Assembly: GCA_944325305.1 (NCBI GenBank) | Contig: CALUZO010000016.1 | Coordinates: forward strand, 18,856-82,855 | Length of the DNA stretch: 64,000 bases | From: an uncultured Rikenellaceae bacterium | GTDB taxonomy: Bacteria; Bacteroidota; Bacteroidia; Bacteroidales; Rikenellaceae | Direction of reading: 5' to 3' | Shown here: positions 1-11,153 of the stretch, in pieces | How positions within the stretch are numbered: the stretch's first letter is position 1 | Layout of the letters: each line of letters opens with the position of its first letter | Program-made: the position numbers and the translations under genes | Notes under the pieces: model-generated | What the model was told of the DNA's origin: nothing | The model's input: only the letters and a program-made list of their open reading frames with translations | The model's database searches: none

Positions 1-1
1 A

Positions 2-1186
2 CCCTATTGCATCAAAGCCTCGGGCCCGATAGCCGAAATGATAGAGCGCCGTATCCCGAAAAAATGGAACAAACTGATAACCGGGTATGCCTCGCCTGAC
101 AAAAAGGACGCCAGCATCGACAGCGGTTGGCGCAAGCATCTGCGTTCGGTGGCCATCAGCGTTTCTATTTATTTCGCGCTGGCATTGGCCATTGCTCTTC
201 TTTCGAGAAAATACCTTGCGCCATTCATCAATGAAAACATTTCCGGTCTCTTGGGGTCCGTACTCACAGCATTCATAACCGTTCTGGTCATGTCGCCTTT
301 CCTGAGCGCCATAATCAGAGGCAGACGCCACAACCATGAAGAAGAACGCAAATTGTGGCAGGACAACAATCTCAATAAGGTTGCCCTGATAGCCCTCAGT
401 CTGATACGCTGGAGTATATGCATATTGCTGGTAACAATCGTACTGGGTCCACTGTTCCCATCGGCGACCGGCCTTATCATAGGTCTATCTATTATAGTGG
501 CACTCATAGCGGCACTCGTACAGGGATTCCGCGAGCCGACCAAACGTCTCGAGAAACGATTCCTCCATAACTTCAACGAAAAAGAGAGACTCGCAGCAAA
601 ACAGCGCCCCGTAACACAACAGGTACACGACACACTGCTGAAGAAAAATATACACATCTCGGAATTCGACGTACCGCCACATTCACGAGTAGTCGGAATG
701 AGCGTCAAGGAACTCGACCTGAGAAAAAAGGTCGGAACAAACATAATATGCATAATCCGCGGACAGAGTAAAATAAACATACCGGGGCCCAAACAAAGAA
801 TATACCCTTACGATAAAATATACGTGGCCGGGACAGACGAACAGTTGCAAGCTTTGCTCTCCATGATCGAAGAAAGCCATGACGAACATCAAACACAACG
901 CGAATCGAAACAGTACGAAATAAAACTATCGCACTATACCGTCGGCAAGGACTCTCCGCTGGCAGGCAAAAGCATTAAGGAATCACGCATACAGGATCGC
1001 ACCGGATGCATCATTACAGGAATCGAGCGCAAAGGTAAAATGATATCGAACTTTTCAGCAGACTTTGTACTCAAAAATGACGACATACTTTGGCTGGCAG
1101 GCGGAAGCGATGGGTTGGCCGCCTTCGCAGAAAATATCGTCAAAGATGCCGTTTGCAATGCGACGACAGATACACAAAAAGCATAA
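2..1186 (+). CDS. Cation:proton antiporter-type membrane protein, C-terminal part with two TrkA-C/RCK_C domains (5' partial)
   Basis: The frame is open from the window edge, with no stop between nt 2 and the ATG at 38. Hydrophobic TM segments are followed by two RCK_C-like repeats (VVGMSVKELDLRKKVGTNIICIIRG and LAGKSIKESRIQDRTGCIITGIERKG). Assigned by architecture. Confidence 0.6.
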   Translation, partial: PYCIKASGPIAEMIERRIPKKWNKLITGYASPDKKDASIDSGWRKHLRSVAISVSIYFALALAIALLSRKYLAPFINENISGLLGSVLTAFITVLVMSPFLSAIIRGRRHNHEEERKLWQDNNLNKVALIALSLIRWSICILLVTIVLGPLFPSATGLIIGLSIIVALIAALVQGFREPTKRLEKRFLHNFNEKERLAAKQRPVTQQVHDTLLKKNIHISEFDVPPHSRVVGMSVKELDLRKKVGTNIICIIRGQSKINIPGPKQRIYPYDKIYVAGTDEQLQALLSMIEESHDEHQTQRESKQYEIKLSHYTVGKDSPLAGKSIKESRIQDRTGCIITGIERKGKMISNFSADFVLKNDDILWLAGGSDGLAAFAENIVKDAVCNATTDTQKA

Positions 1187-1640
1187 GACGACTGTTCTAA
1201 AATATTCGACTTCGGATATAAGATCATGAATCGGCAGAGATGCCTGTAGCAACATGGCGCACGGCATGACATAAAACAGACTCCAACCGGCAACTTGCGG
1301 CAGACTAAGACATTAGTTCCAAAAGACAACAATCAAAAAAACAGAAAACCAATATCAATTATGCGGACAGCGATTGCTTGTGAAAACAGACAGTCGTCAG
1401 CCAAGGTTCCGGTTCAGTATCCGGCGAAAAAACACGGTAAGACATGACCGTCGTATTATAACGCTAAAAACGAACATGATCCTCGCATCTCAACTAACAG
1501 CGCAAAAACCGAGGCGGAAGCTGCAAACGCCACATACCATCTCTTCCCGACTCCAAGACGATAGACACAAGACAACATGCGACAATCCTGTCCCTCCACC
1601 TTCCAATGCGTGGAGGCGTCGCCATTCAATTTCAGAAAGG

Positions 1641-3269
1641 TTATTCCTCTACCCCGCCACCAGGATGACGAGGGAAAACATTGTGCGCTGCAGCCCATTC
1701 GTTCCATTTTTCAACGAGCTGCTCCAGAATCTCCGGATGCTGCGCCGCAAGATCATGACGTTCCGAGCGATCGGCAACAACATCGTACAACTCCCATCGC
1801 TTACTGGTCTGGTCTCGCACCGCTTTCCACTGTTTCCACCGGGCGAAACGGTTCTTTTCGTGTTCCCCGAATATATATTCGTGAAGTTCCTTTTTCGGAT
1901 CGGAGACGGTCGGCATCATGCTCGTCCCGGCCAGCGGATGTATCTTCTGACCGTCATGGAAAGTTTCAGGGTACGTGGCTCCGGAGATATCAATGAACGT
2001 CGCCATAATGTCGGGCAGAAAAGCCACATTGCGGCGTATCTCTCCGGCATACTTCTTAGTCTTTTTCGGGTAAGACATTATGAACGAGGTGGAAATACCT
2101 CCCTCATAGGCACGCACCTTATATTTGCGGAACGGAGTATTGCTCACCTGTGCCCATGGCTTGCCATACGAAGGATCAACCCAACTGTCGGGATCGTTGA
2201 TCTCTGCATTTCCGAATCCCATCTCGTTACCGGGCTCGGCGCATGCACCGTTGTCGGAAAAAAACAATATCATCGTATTGTCGATCTGGTCAGTATCTTC
2301 GAGATATTTTATGATGCGGCCCACATTGTAATCCATGCAATGCACCTGTGCGGCATATACCGACATCCTGAGCGAACTCTTGGCCTGCTGTTCGGGCGTC
2401 AGCTGGTCCCAACTGCGGTTTTCCCACTCGCCCAGTCCCCAATCTTCGTCAACAATACCGAGTTCGACCATCTTGTCGAAACGGGCCTGACGGGTCTTCT
2501 CCCATCCCTGGTCATATTTCCCGGCAAACTTGTCTATATCCTCCTGCTTGGCATGGAGAGGCCAATGGGGTGCATTGTAAGCGACATAAAGAAAGAACGG
2601 CTCTCCTTTCTCATGGCTCGAAATAAACTTGAGGGCGTAATCCGTGAATTGATCCGTAGTGTAATACGGCTGAGACGGTGGCGGAATCTGCGTATTGTCG
2701 AGCGTGAGTCCCCGACCTCCCTGTGGCTTCAGATAGCTCGACGCGCCGGCCAGAATCCCGTAATAACGGTCGAATCCGCGCTGCAACGGCCATTTCTCCC
2801 GCCCTATAAGACCGACATGCCATTTACCCACCATGTAAGTGTGATACCCTTCGGTTTTGAGGACTTCTGCTATCGTCACACAATTGCGGTTTAGGGCGCC
2901 TCTGTATCCATAGGTCCCGAAATCATGCACCGAACGTTCTTTGTTCATTTCGCCACCGTCCTCAGACATGCCGCCTATACCGGCGTCGTGCTGGTAAAGT
3001 CCGGTCAAAAGGCTTGCTCTCGTGGGACATGAACGGGCCGTAGTATAAAAATTGGTATAACGAATACCGCTCTGAGCCAGTCTGTCAAGGTTTGGCGTGG
3101 GTATCTCACTGCCGAAACAACCTATATCGGAATAACCCATGTCATCGACCATGATAAGTATTATGTTGGGTTTATCCGTAGAATTCTTGCTCTTTTTAGC
3201 CAATGGCTTGGAATCGGCCGCAACAACCGATGCCAAAGCCGCACCGAAGCACAGAAAGCCTTTTACCAT
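1641..3269 (-). CDS. Arylsulfatase (S1 formylglycine-dependent sulfatase)
   Basis: Signal peptide, IILIMVDDMGYSD metal-site motif and the SCPTRASLLTG (C-x-P-x-R) formylglycine motif. ATG start at 3269. Confidence 0.9.
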   Translation of the reverse strand: MVKGFLCFGAALASVVAADSKPLAKKSKNSTDKPNIILIMVDDMGYSDIGCFGSEIPTPNLDRLAQSGIRYTNFYTTARSCPTRASLLTGLYQHDAGIGGMSEDGGEMNKERSVHDFGTYGYRGALNRNCVTIAEVLKTEGYHTYMVGKWHVGLIGREKWPLQRGFDRYYGILAGASSYLKPQGGRGLTLDNTQIPPPSQPYYTTDQFTDYALKFISSHEKGEPFFLYVAYNAPHWPLHAKQEDIDKFAGKYDQGWEKTRQARFDKMVELGIVDEDWGLGEWENRSWDQLTPEQQAKSSLRMSVYAAQVHCMDYNVGRIIKYLEDTDQIDNTMILFFSDNGACAEPGNEMGFGNAEINDPDSWVDPSYGKPWAQVSNTPFRKYKVRAYEGGISTSFIMSYPKKTKKYAGEIRRNVAFLPDIMATFIDISGATYPETFHDGQKIHPLAGTSMMPTVSDPKKELHEYIFGEHEKNRFARWKQWKAVRDQTSKRWELYDVVADRSERHDLAAQHPEILEQLVEKWNEWAAAHNVFPRHPGGGVEE

Positions 3270-3406
3270 AATAAAAGTTTTAGATTAGCGTTTAGGTAAC
3301 GGTAAATATATAAAATATTTCGGTTGGATATACTTGAACATGTTTTTTGAAGTATGTCCGTTTTTTTACTAATTTAGGCTCGACAAACTTAAATATTCGA
3401 TAATTT

Positions 3407-4324
3407 ATGAAGCGCGTACTGATATTGCTCGCGGCAACAGTATTATTCACCGGATGCCAGGAGATGCTTAACAACAACTGGGCACGGGTCTTCAAATATG
3501 ATATGGGAAAAACCGAAATCATACAACTTACAGATCTGGAAGCACCCATAAGCCCCTCTGTATTAGATGTCAAGGATCCGATGAACTACTCGGGATTGAT
3601 GAAGGATAAAGGAGGATCGGTTTATGCAGTCAATTCATATATGTTGAGAAGCAAGGACAAAAAATATCTTTTCGACACTGGTAACGGCGGCTGGATGAAC
3701 ATGAACCTCGACGGAATCGGAGAAAATTTCCACAATATCGAGAAAATATTCATGACAGATATGCATATGGACCATATCGGAGGTATGGTCAAATACGATA
3801 GAAAAACATACCCCAACGCTCATCTTTACATTCCGCAACCGGAATACGACTACTGGATGAGCGATGAAGAAATGACCAACGCCAAGAATAAGGCTGCATT
3901 CAATAAAGCACGGGAGGTCATAGAATATTACAAGGATGACATCACACTGTTCGATCCTGCAACCATAAGCGAGGGAGGAACCATACTGGAAGATGGAATA
4001 ACCGCTTTCCATGCTCCGGGCCGTACACCCGGGCATACTATATACCTCATCGAATCGGGCAAGAAAAAACTTCTGATCTGGGGAGACCTGACATACATGA
4101 CCGAAGTACAGACCATGTTCCCGGACATATCGGTGATTTACGACAACGACAGCAAACAGGCCGCAGCTACCCGCAGGGAGGTCATGGAATTCGCGGCAAC
4201 CAACAATATCCCGGTAGCTGGCGCACACATAATATATCCGGGCATAGGTACTCTCCAGAAACAAGGTGACGGTTACCTATTCAAACCTGTAAAAGCCCGC
4301 AAACGCCAGCAAACAAGAGGTTGA
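3407..4324 (+). CDS. MBL-fold metallo-hydrolase, lipoprotein
   Basis: Lipobox LFTGC near the N-terminus and an HxHxDH motif (DMHMDHIGG). Later His/Asp ligands lie in HAPGRTPGH and GDL. Confidence 0.85.
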   Translation: MKRVLILLAATVLFTGCQEMLNNNWARVFKYDMGKTEIIQLTDLEAPISPSVLDVKDPMNYSGLMKDKGGSVYAVNSYMLRSKDKKYLFDTGNGGWMNMNLDGIGENFHNIEKIFMTDMHMDHIGGMVKYDRKTYPNAHLYIPQPEYDYWMSDEEMTNAKNKAAFNKAREVIEYYKDDITLFDPATISEGGTILEDGITAFHAPGRTPGHTIYLIESGKKKLLIWGDLTYMTEVQTMFPDISVIYDNDSKQAAATRREVMEFAATNNIPVAGAHIIYPGIGTLQKQGDGYLFKPVKARKRQQTRG

Positions 4325-4362
4325 TGCAGACCATCTACGACTTTTAGGTATCGGTAAACAAC

Positions 4363-4406
4363 GTAAACCGTCAATCTCTGCCAAATGCTTGAGATTGACG
4401 GTTTAC
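4363..4406 (+). terminator. Intrinsic terminator hairpin downstream of the MBL hydrolase gene
   Basis: Perfect 16-bp inverted repeat GTAAACCGTCAATCTC / GAGATTGACGGTTTAC with a 12-nt loop, about 40 nt after the stop codon. Confidence 0.6.
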
Positions 4407-4716
4407 ACATTTAACGGCAGTTCGATATGCTGACAGAAACATAAAACCATGAATCCGACCATGCAAGCACAGACTATGGCTCCAATAGCCGACAAGATTT
4501 TCGCATATTTACAGTTTCATTTTTACCTAATCTTTTGACAATACAGATCACTCACCGGGTCCCAACTAAACTTAGCGATCTCTCGGCCAAACATTATGTT
4601 TTAATCACATAGATGTTTCCATGAAATTTGTCAGACATAAGTCGGCACTATTGTCATGCAAATCATCTCATGTTCGTTTTCCCATCCCTTCCACATACAC
4701 TGCAAAGATGAATCTA

Positions 4717-4752
4717 TAAAAAAATCTCCCCGGCATGTAAAGCCGGGGAGAT
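4717..4752 (-). terminator. Intrinsic terminator downstream of galM
   Basis: 11-bp stem ATCTCCCCGGC / GCCGGGGAGAT, followed on the minus strand by a T-run. Confidence 0.7.
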
Positions 4753-4774
4753 CAAATGTAAAACAGCGCACCTC

Positions 4775-5923
4775 TTATTTACGCACTTCGAAAGCGTAAA
4801 CGCAGGTCTGAGTGTAGACTTCTCCAGGACGAAGAATCGGCGACGGGAAGTTTTCATGATTGATCGCATCGGGGAAATTCTGTGTTTCCAGAGCGATACC
4901 GCTGCGATAGTTGTTCTTGTTGCCGCGTTTTCCTTCGAGGTCACCAGTCATGAAGTTGCCGCTATAGAACTGCATACCGGGCTGGTCGGTGAGAATCTTC
5001 ATCAGAATACCGGTGCGTGGTTCGTATACTTCAGCCGCAAGTGTAAGAGCCTTTGGTTCAGGTTTGTTGAGCACCCAGTTGTGGTCGTAGCCGCCAGCAA
5101 ACACGAGAGGTTCGAAATCCTGGTCTATACGGTCGCCGATTGCAGTCGGAACACGGAAGTCGAGCGGAGTGCCGCCAACAGCAACTATCTCACCTGTCGG
5201 GATCAGACCCTTGTCGGTCGGAGTGAATGAATCGGCATATATGGTCATTATATGCGAATTGGTCGAGAACTCGTTGGTACCGTGCAGGTTGAAGTACGAG
5301 TGGCTTGTCGGATTGAGGATAGTCGGAGCATCGGTAGTCGCCTTATAGTTGATTACCAGTTCGTTCTTCGGCGTGAGCGAGTAGGTAACAGCGATGGTAA
5401 GTGTTCCGGGGTATCCTTCTTCACCGTCAGGCGATACATACGTCATTTCGACAGCGTCGTTGCCGGAGGCATCCTTAGTCATCTTGGCGTCCCAGACCTT
5501 GCCGCTGAAGCCGTTGGTACCGCCGTGCAGATGATTCTCGCCATCATTGATAGTGAGCTGATAATCTTTGCCGTCGAGTGTGAACTGTCCCTTGCCTATA
5601 CGGTTGCCGTAACGTCCAACAATAGGACCGTTGTTGATATCGGTTGCCTTGAGATAGGCGTCACCGGTTTCGAATCCCATGATAACGTCCTGGAAGTTGC
5701 CGTCTTTGTCCGGTACCCAGATGTCGACAAGACGTGCACCGTAGTTGGTAATCTGCACGGCCATTCCGTTTTCATTCTGAAGCGTGTAGAGGTTGATCGC
5801 TTTGCCGTTGAGTTCGGTAGCGAAATCCTGGTCGTTAAAAAGCTGCGGTCCCGCAGGTTCTTTTTTCTGGTTGCCGCATGCTGCCATAAGCGCCGCTGCG
5901 GCCACTACGAAAAGTTTTTTCAT
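4775..5923 (-). CDS. galM: Aldose 1-epimerase (galactose mutarotase), lipoprotein form
   Basis: Lipobox LMAACG and the mutarotase signature region NDGENHLHGGTNGF. Length and overall pattern fit family members. Confidence 0.9.
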   Translation of the reverse strand: MKKLFVVAAAALMAACGNQKKEPAGPQLFNDQDFATELNGKAINLYTLQNENGMAVQITNYGARLVDIWVPDKDGNFQDVIMGFETGDAYLKATDINNGPIVGRYGNRIGKGQFTLDGKDYQLTINDGENHLHGGTNGFSGKVWDAKMTKDASGNDAVEMTYVSPDGEEGYPGTLTIAVTYSLTPKNELVINYKATTDAPTILNPTSHSYFNLHGTNEFSTNSHIMTIYADSFTPTDKGLIPTGEIVAVGGTPLDFRVPTAIGDRIDQDFEPLVFAGGYDHNWVLNKPEPKALTLAAEVYEPRTGILMKILTDQPGMQFYSGNFMTGDLEGKRGNKNNYRSGIALETQNFPDAINHENFPSPILRPGEVYTQTCVYAFEVRK

Positions 5924-6168
5924 AAAAAAGTTGTATGTTGAGTTTGGTTAAATGTTTTTCCACGTAAATATACATGTAAAATTCCGTAACCGCAACGTAT
6001 ACAACCCGTTTTTTTGACCTTTTATGTGTTGATTAACTGCCGACGGGTTTCTTTTTTTCACATATCCGTGCACGACAGACACTATCTGTTTCCCATCCAC
6101 AGACAGTTATGCCATGCGGAAATCGGTTAATCCAACGCCCTTACCGTCATTATGATATTAACCGGCAT

Positions 6169-7563
6169 TTATTTATGTGCGCGGTTGCGGGCAGCAGCTG
6201 CATAAATACCTATTGCGCAAAGCACTACGAACACCATGAATGTAACCTGCATGCTCGACATGAATTCCGGATAGAGCTCCGGGACTATCTGGCGATTGCC
6301 GATATGCAACGATATGGCAAGGCTCGCGATACCCATGCTGACAGCCTGCCCCGTAAGACGTACCGTACCGGTAGTAGCCGAAGCGGCGGAATAGTTCGCC
6401 TTGTCGACCGAACTCATTATGACATTGGTATTCGGCGAAGAGAATATTCCGAAACCGATGCCGTTCATTATAAGAATGCCTATTATCATCCAATAAGGCG
6501 TCGTTTCGCTGAGGAAAACAAGACACGATATCCCGACAACAATTATCGTCATGCCAAGCGTTGCCATTCTCGATGAAGAATACTTACGTGAAAGTTCGCC
6601 TGCAATAAGCGAAAATATCGACTGAAGGACAGCCTGCGAAATAAGTATCATACCGGCATGACTCGCATCTAACCCCCTGACATATTGCAGATAGAGGCTC
6701 AGTATGAACCCGATAGCAGAGGTGGCCGCGTAATTTATGAGAGCGGCCAGCGACGAAAGCATAAAAACCTTGTTACCGCTGAAAAGTCTCAGGTCGAATA
6801 CCGGATACTTGTGGCGCAGTTCGTAAAAAGCAAACACGACAAAAGCCGATATGCCGACCACCAGGCTGATTATGCCATGAGTCTTGGGCAAACTCGAAAA
6901 ACCGTATATAAATCCTGCTAAGCCGAGTCCATACATGATGCTGCCAATGCCGTCGAATTTCTGTCCCTTGGCTTCGACCCAGTCGCCACGAATAAAAATC
7001 CGCGACATGACAAAGACAACCACACCGACCCCGGCCGAAACAAAAAATATGCTGTGCCATCCCAGGTAATGCGTCATTATCCCTCCGAGAAACGGCCCGG
7101 TTGCCGATGACGCATATACGGTCGCAGAGTTGATTCCGAGTGCCTTGCCTCGTTTCTCCGGCGGAAACAGGGAGGAGATTATCGCAAGATTGGTTCCAAA
7201 CATCATGGCACTGCCGGCCCCAGAAAGCGCACGAAGCGTCAGCAACGTCACTTCGTCCGGAGCAAAACCGCACAGAAACATACACAACGTGAAAATAGCA
7301 ACACCTATCTCAAATATCTTGCGCCGACCCACTATATCGGCAAGCCGCGATGCCGGTATCTGGAAAATAGCCGTCGAAATGATATAGGCGGTGGACATCC
7401 ACGTGAGCATCACTGCGTCCATTTTGAAGTCGCGTGCAATCTCTGGCAACGCCAGATTGAGCGACGACCCCATAAACGGCACAAGAAATGCCGCCGTGCA
7501 AAGTACTACAAGCGCTTTGCCTGGACTGGTATGATCCGACCTATTTTCGATACTGTTACTCAT
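6169..7563 (-). CDS. MFS transporter, DHA2 (EmrB/QacA-like, about 14 TM) drug:H+ antiporter family
   Basis: Highly hydrophobic 464 aa. MFS motif-A-like RLADIVGRRK after TM2. Length is consistent with the 14-TM DHA2 subfamily. Confidence 0.85.
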   Translation of the reverse strand: MSNSIENRSDHTSPGKALVVLCTAAFLVPFMGSSLNLALPEIARDFKMDAVMLTWMSTAYIISTAIFQIPASRLADIVGRRKIFEIGVAIFTLCMFLCGFAPDEVTLLTLRALSGAGSAMMFGTNLAIISSLFPPEKRGKALGINSATVYASSATGPFLGGIMTHYLGWHSIFFVSAGVGVVVFVMSRIFIRGDWVEAKGQKFDGIGSIMYGLGLAGFIYGFSSLPKTHGIISLVVGISAFVVFAFYELRHKYPVFDLRLFSGNKVFMLSSLAALINYAATSAIGFILSLYLQYVRGLDASHAGMILISQAVLQSIFSLIAGELSRKYSSSRMATLGMTIIVVGISCLVFLSETTPYWMIIGILIMNGIGFGIFSSPNTNVIMSSVDKANYSAASATTGTVRLTGQAVSMGIASLAISLHIGNRQIVPELYPEFMSSMQVTFMVFVVLCAIGIYAAAARNRAHK

Positions 7564-7591
7564 TCAACAATAAAACTCCCTCAGGTTCAGG

Positions 7592-8311
7592 CTATACAGG
7601 CCAGAACCGGGACAACACAACAGCCACCAGCAACGCCGGCAGCATATTAACCACATTCACCTCTTTCAGTTTCAAGATATTGATCCCGAGACCTATGAGC
7701 AATATTCCGCCGACGGCAGTCATATCGGCAACCATCATTTCGCTCATGTAACGCATCATGAATCCGGCAAATAGCGTCAGCGCCCCCTGATAGACAAGCA
7801 CGGTCAAAGACGAAAACAATATCGCCGCTCCGAACGACGAAGCAAGTGCAATGGACGATATGCCATCCATGATCGATTTGGTGAAAAAGAGATTGGGGGT
7901 CTGTCCAGAACCGTCTTCTATCGCACCCAATATAGACATCGACCCAACGCAAAACAGCATGGACGAGGTAATGAATCCCTCGGTAAAGCGCGAGGATCTC
8001 TCCTTGTCAACCACAACCGGACCTCCGGCTTTCAGTCCGCCGCCGCTCTTACGCTGGAGAAACGAGGAAAACTTCTCCAGTCCACGGTCTATACCCATCC
8101 ATTCGCCCAATATAGCGCCGATGACGACACTCACCACGGCCAGCAATATGTTGTCTGACTTGAGCGACATCGAGATCCCTATTCCCATGGTAACAAGGCC
8201 GATACCCTGGAATACGATATTGACCATTCGTTCCGGAAGCCGAGAATGGATCGACATTCCGATAAGACTGCCGACGATGACAGCTCCCGTATTTACAAGT
8301 GTTCCTAACAT
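7592..8311 (-). CDS. DUF554 family membrane protein (YdfK/YqgA-like)
   Basis: The N-terminus MLGTLVNTGAVIVGSLIG and a polytopic 239-aa layout are typical of DUF554 proteins. Recognised from memory of the family. Confidence 0.75.
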   Translation of the reverse strand: MLGTLVNTGAVIVGSLIGMSIHSRLPERMVNIVFQGIGLVTMGIGISMSLKSDNILLAVVSVVIGAILGEWMGIDRGLEKFSSFLQRKSGGGLKAGGPVVVDKERSSRFTEGFITSSMLFCVGSMSILGAIEDGSGQTPNLFFTKSIMDGISSIALASSFGAAILFSSLTVLVYQGALTLFAGFMMRYMSEMMVADMTAVGGILLIGLGINILKLKEVNVVNMLPALLVAVVLSRFWPV

Positions 8312-8750
8312 ATGCAGATTTTTTCATTTCGCCGACATGCCGAAAGCAATAGCTTCAGCCCGGTTTGGACATTAACTGCAAAGGTAACAATCAAAACCGG
8401 ACTTGCCATGCCGGCAGTAAGAAAAACGACACGTTTACCTTTCTGACATGCACATGGAGGACGTACGGGACATGTCAATACACCGCCGCCACACCGATCA
8501 CGATGCCTGCAACAGGATTACAGAACCACGACTCGCAAAACTTATTCTTTATCGACATTCAAGGCAATTACGTATTTGGAGCATCGGCAGCCGTCAGTCC
8601 ATGCATCGCAGGGAATCAATCCACCGACACCAATCAGTCCTCGGTACATACAGCGACAATATCATAGAGTGCAGACAACGCCACAATGCCTTACCGCATC
8701 AATACCAAAACATATATGCCACAAAACCATAAAGGAAGCATTTGAAAAAC

Positions 8751-11153
8751 TCACCTGACCTCGAATGAAACCACCTTTCTGTTGCCTTCCGTATCGACAA
8801 GCGTAAGGTAATGTTCACCCTTTTCAACATCAACGGCTATCTCGTGACGGCCAGAGGTCATATCTATATACGTGTCGTCGATGTGCCAGTAGATCACGGC
8901 ATCGCGCCTGGCATGCACCGCACGGAAAACAAAACGTTCGCGCTCGCCAGAAAATCCCCTCGGCAAGAAAAGTACCGCTCCATGTTCGGGATATATAACA
9001 TCTATCTGATCGGCCTGCAAAGATCCGCACCCCGCTTTGAACGGCGGCAAACTAACATAATCGGGATTATGCCTGCGGTAATAATATTCCTGTGCCGGCG
9101 GCAACACAAACCACGAACGAGACACTATCCGCGCCGGATCCTCGCACGAAGAGTTCACACGCCACCGCCCGTCCTGGGAGAGATGGACAATCCGGTGATA
9201 AGGACATACTTCCGTCCGGATTCCGCTAACTGGAACATAGACCGTATCGACATCATCGCATAATTGCGACGCCTTATATCCGCTGCGGGAACAGACAGCT
9301 ACTTTCTCAACCTCATCGAGAGGCATCTGAAACCACTCCTGACCAGGCAAAAACGAAAAAATATCGAACAGTACGGGTGCGGCGTTCCCGACACCGGTTG
9401 TTCCGGCACGTCCCTCGCCCGAGGCGTTGCCGACCCATACACCAACCACATACCGAGGTGTGGTCCCTATCGACCAGGCATCGCGTCCGCCATAACTGGT
9501 CCCGGTTTTCCAGGCTATCCGTTTCATAGACTCGAACTGCTGCCAGTCGGCCTCCTCCTCGGGACGGTTCAGAGCCGACATGGCATCATAGGTGAACCAT
9601 ATCGAAGCCGCCGAAAGAAGAGACCGGTCTGTCAGACGGCTGTCCGAAAGTTTCTTCACAGGGTCGTCGTCGGTGAAAGAAAAGCATGTCAACGGCCGGA
9701 TATCTCCCATATAGTACCTGCCATTGTAACGGTCGAAGTGGTTCAAGGTGCGCGACATCGAGGCGTACATCCCGGTGATATCCCACAACGTACCCTCGGC
9801 TCCGCCCAATATTATCGAAGCGCCATAATGCTCCTCATCAAAACGCAGCGTCGTCATTCCCAACGACTTGAGAAGCGACATGAAACGACCGGTATTATAT
9901 TCGGAAAGCATTCGCACCAACGGTACGTTCAACGAACGTTCGATCGCACGATGCGCAGGCACAACACCCTGGAAAGTCCTGTTGAAGTTCTGAGGCATAA
10001 ATCCCGCTATATTGAGAGGGGTATCGGCTATGAGCGTTCCCGGAAGAATCATCCCATCATTCAACATGCCCGCATACAAAAACGGTTTGAGTATGCTGCC
10101 CGTACTGCGCTGGGCCATGATAATGTCGACATCATTCCCATGGTGTTCGGGGGCTTCGAAAGATGCGTTGCCGGCATAAGCAAGAACCTCACCCGTTTCG
10201 ACATCAGCCACAATGGCCGCACAATTGTTAACGTTGTTCGATGCCGAATACTTGCGAGCATAACGATCGACTATATCCTGCACCTGCTTCTGCATGACAT
10301 AATTCACTGATGTCTCGATACGCTCTCCCTTATGTGCGACGGACAGCCTGTCAAGAAGGTGAGGCGCAAGGCCCGGCAGCGGTACCGGAGCTTCGGGAAG
10401 CGGTTCCATACATGCAAGCTCGTAATCCATCTGATCGATACGGCCATCATCCCTGAGCCGTGCAAGCAATACGTCTCTCTTCCTTTTAAGGCTCTGCCGG
10501 TTGCGTCCGGGATGTATAAGTGCAGGCGAGTTTGGCAGTACGGCAAGCGTGGCGCACTCCGCCCAAGACAGTTCAGAGGCACTGCGCCCAAAATAGCGCC
10601 ACGACGCAGCCTCCAAACCTACAACATTCCCCCCGAAAGGAGCATGGGCGGCATAAAGTGTCAATATCTCCTGCTTCGTATACCTGGTTTCGAGAAGAAA
10701 AGCCCACATGGATTCGACTATTTTCTCATATATGTTGCGGTCGCGGTTGCCGCGTGCTATGCGAGCAAGCTGCATGGTGATGGTGCTGCCACCGCTTACA
10801 ACCGAACGTGCAACGATGTTCTGCCTGACAGCCCTTGCCATGGCCCAAGGATCGACCCCGAAGTGCCGGAAAAACCGCTTGTCCTCGTACGTGGTTATGC
10901 AGGCCACGAACTTATCTGGCAGCGAATCAGGAGCCGGGAACCTCCATTGCTCGTCCGGAGCTATACGTGCCCCGAGCAACCTACCTTCGCGCGAGTAAAG
11001 CAACGTAGAATAACATTCAGGAAAAAGATCACCCGGAAGCACTGTCCATGCAGTCACAAACCACAGCACCGCCCCTGCAACAACAACTATCAGTGCCATC
11101 GCAAAGCCATTGATGAAGACAAGCAACTCTTTGATTATCCGAATATTCCCCAC
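8751..11153 (-). CDS. pbpC: Penicillin-binding protein 1C (bifunctional glycosyltransferase/transpeptidase)
   Basis: GT51 motifs EDKRFFRHFGVD and GGSTITMQLAR, transpeptidase SxxK (STGSILKP), and a C-terminal PBP1C-specific beta-rich domain. The track start at 11153 is GTG. An in-frame ATG at 11099 is an alternative start. Confidence 0.9.
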   Translation of the reverse strand: MGNIRIIKELLVFINGFAMALIVVVAGAVLWFVTAWTVLPGDLFPECYSTLLYSREGRLLGARIAPDEQWRFPAPDSLPDKFVACITTYEDKRFFRHFGVDPWAMARAVRQNIVARSVVSGGSTITMQLARIARGNRDRNIYEKIVESMWAFLLETRYTKQEILTLYAAHAPFGGNVVGLEAASWRYFGRSASELSWAECATLAVLPNSPALIHPGRNRQSLKRKRDVLLARLRDDGRIDQMDYELACMEPLPEAPVPLPGLAPHLLDRLSVAHKGERIETSVNYVMQKQVQDIVDRYARKYSASNNVNNCAAIVADVETGEVLAYAGNASFEAPEHHGNDVDIIMAQRSTGSILKPFLYAGMLNDGMILPGTLIADTPLNIAGFMPQNFNRTFQGVVPAHRAIERSLNVPLVRMLSEYNTGRFMSLLKSLGMTTLRFDEEHYGASIILGGAEGTLWDITGMYASMSRTLNHFDRYNGRYYMGDIRPLTCFSFTDDDPVKKLSDSRLTDRSLLSAASIWFTYDAMSALNRPEEEADWQQFESMKRIAWKTGTSYGGRDAWSIGTTPRYVVGVWVGNASGEGRAGTTGVGNAAPVLFDIFSFLPGQEWFQMPLDEVEKVAVCSRSGYKASQLCDDVDTVYVPVSGIRTEVCPYHRIVHLSQDGRWRVNSSCEDPARIVSRSWFVLPPAQEYYYRRHNPDYVSLPPFKAGCGSLQADQIDVIYPEHGAVLFLPRGFSGERERFVFRAVHARRDAVIYWHIDDTYIDMTSGRHEIAVDVEKGEHYLTLVDTEGNRKVVSFEVR

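Noticed and set aside
1374-2894. 506-aa plus-strand ORF (and the nested 139-aa ORF at 1577-1996).
   Set aside because: It lies entirely antisense to the sulfatase gene, which has clear family motifs. The translation is Arg/Leu/Ser-rich with no motif, so it is a typical shadow ORF.
5252-5941. 229-aa plus-strand ORF.
   Set aside because: It is an antisense shadow of galM. It has no motifs and overlaps galM almost completely.
8365-8758. Three overlapping 60-100-aa plus-strand ORFs between the DUF554 gene and pbpC.
   Set aside because: They overlap one another in different frames, are His/Thr/Gln-rich and have no motifs. The region is most simply the 3' UTR and promoter spacer of the two minus-strand genes.
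9264-10310. 348-aa plus-strand ORF inside pbpC, plus the 278-aa ORF at 10332-11168.
   Set aside because: Both are antisense to a gene with unambiguous GT51 and transpeptidase motifs. Their sequences are Arg/His-rich and low in complexity.
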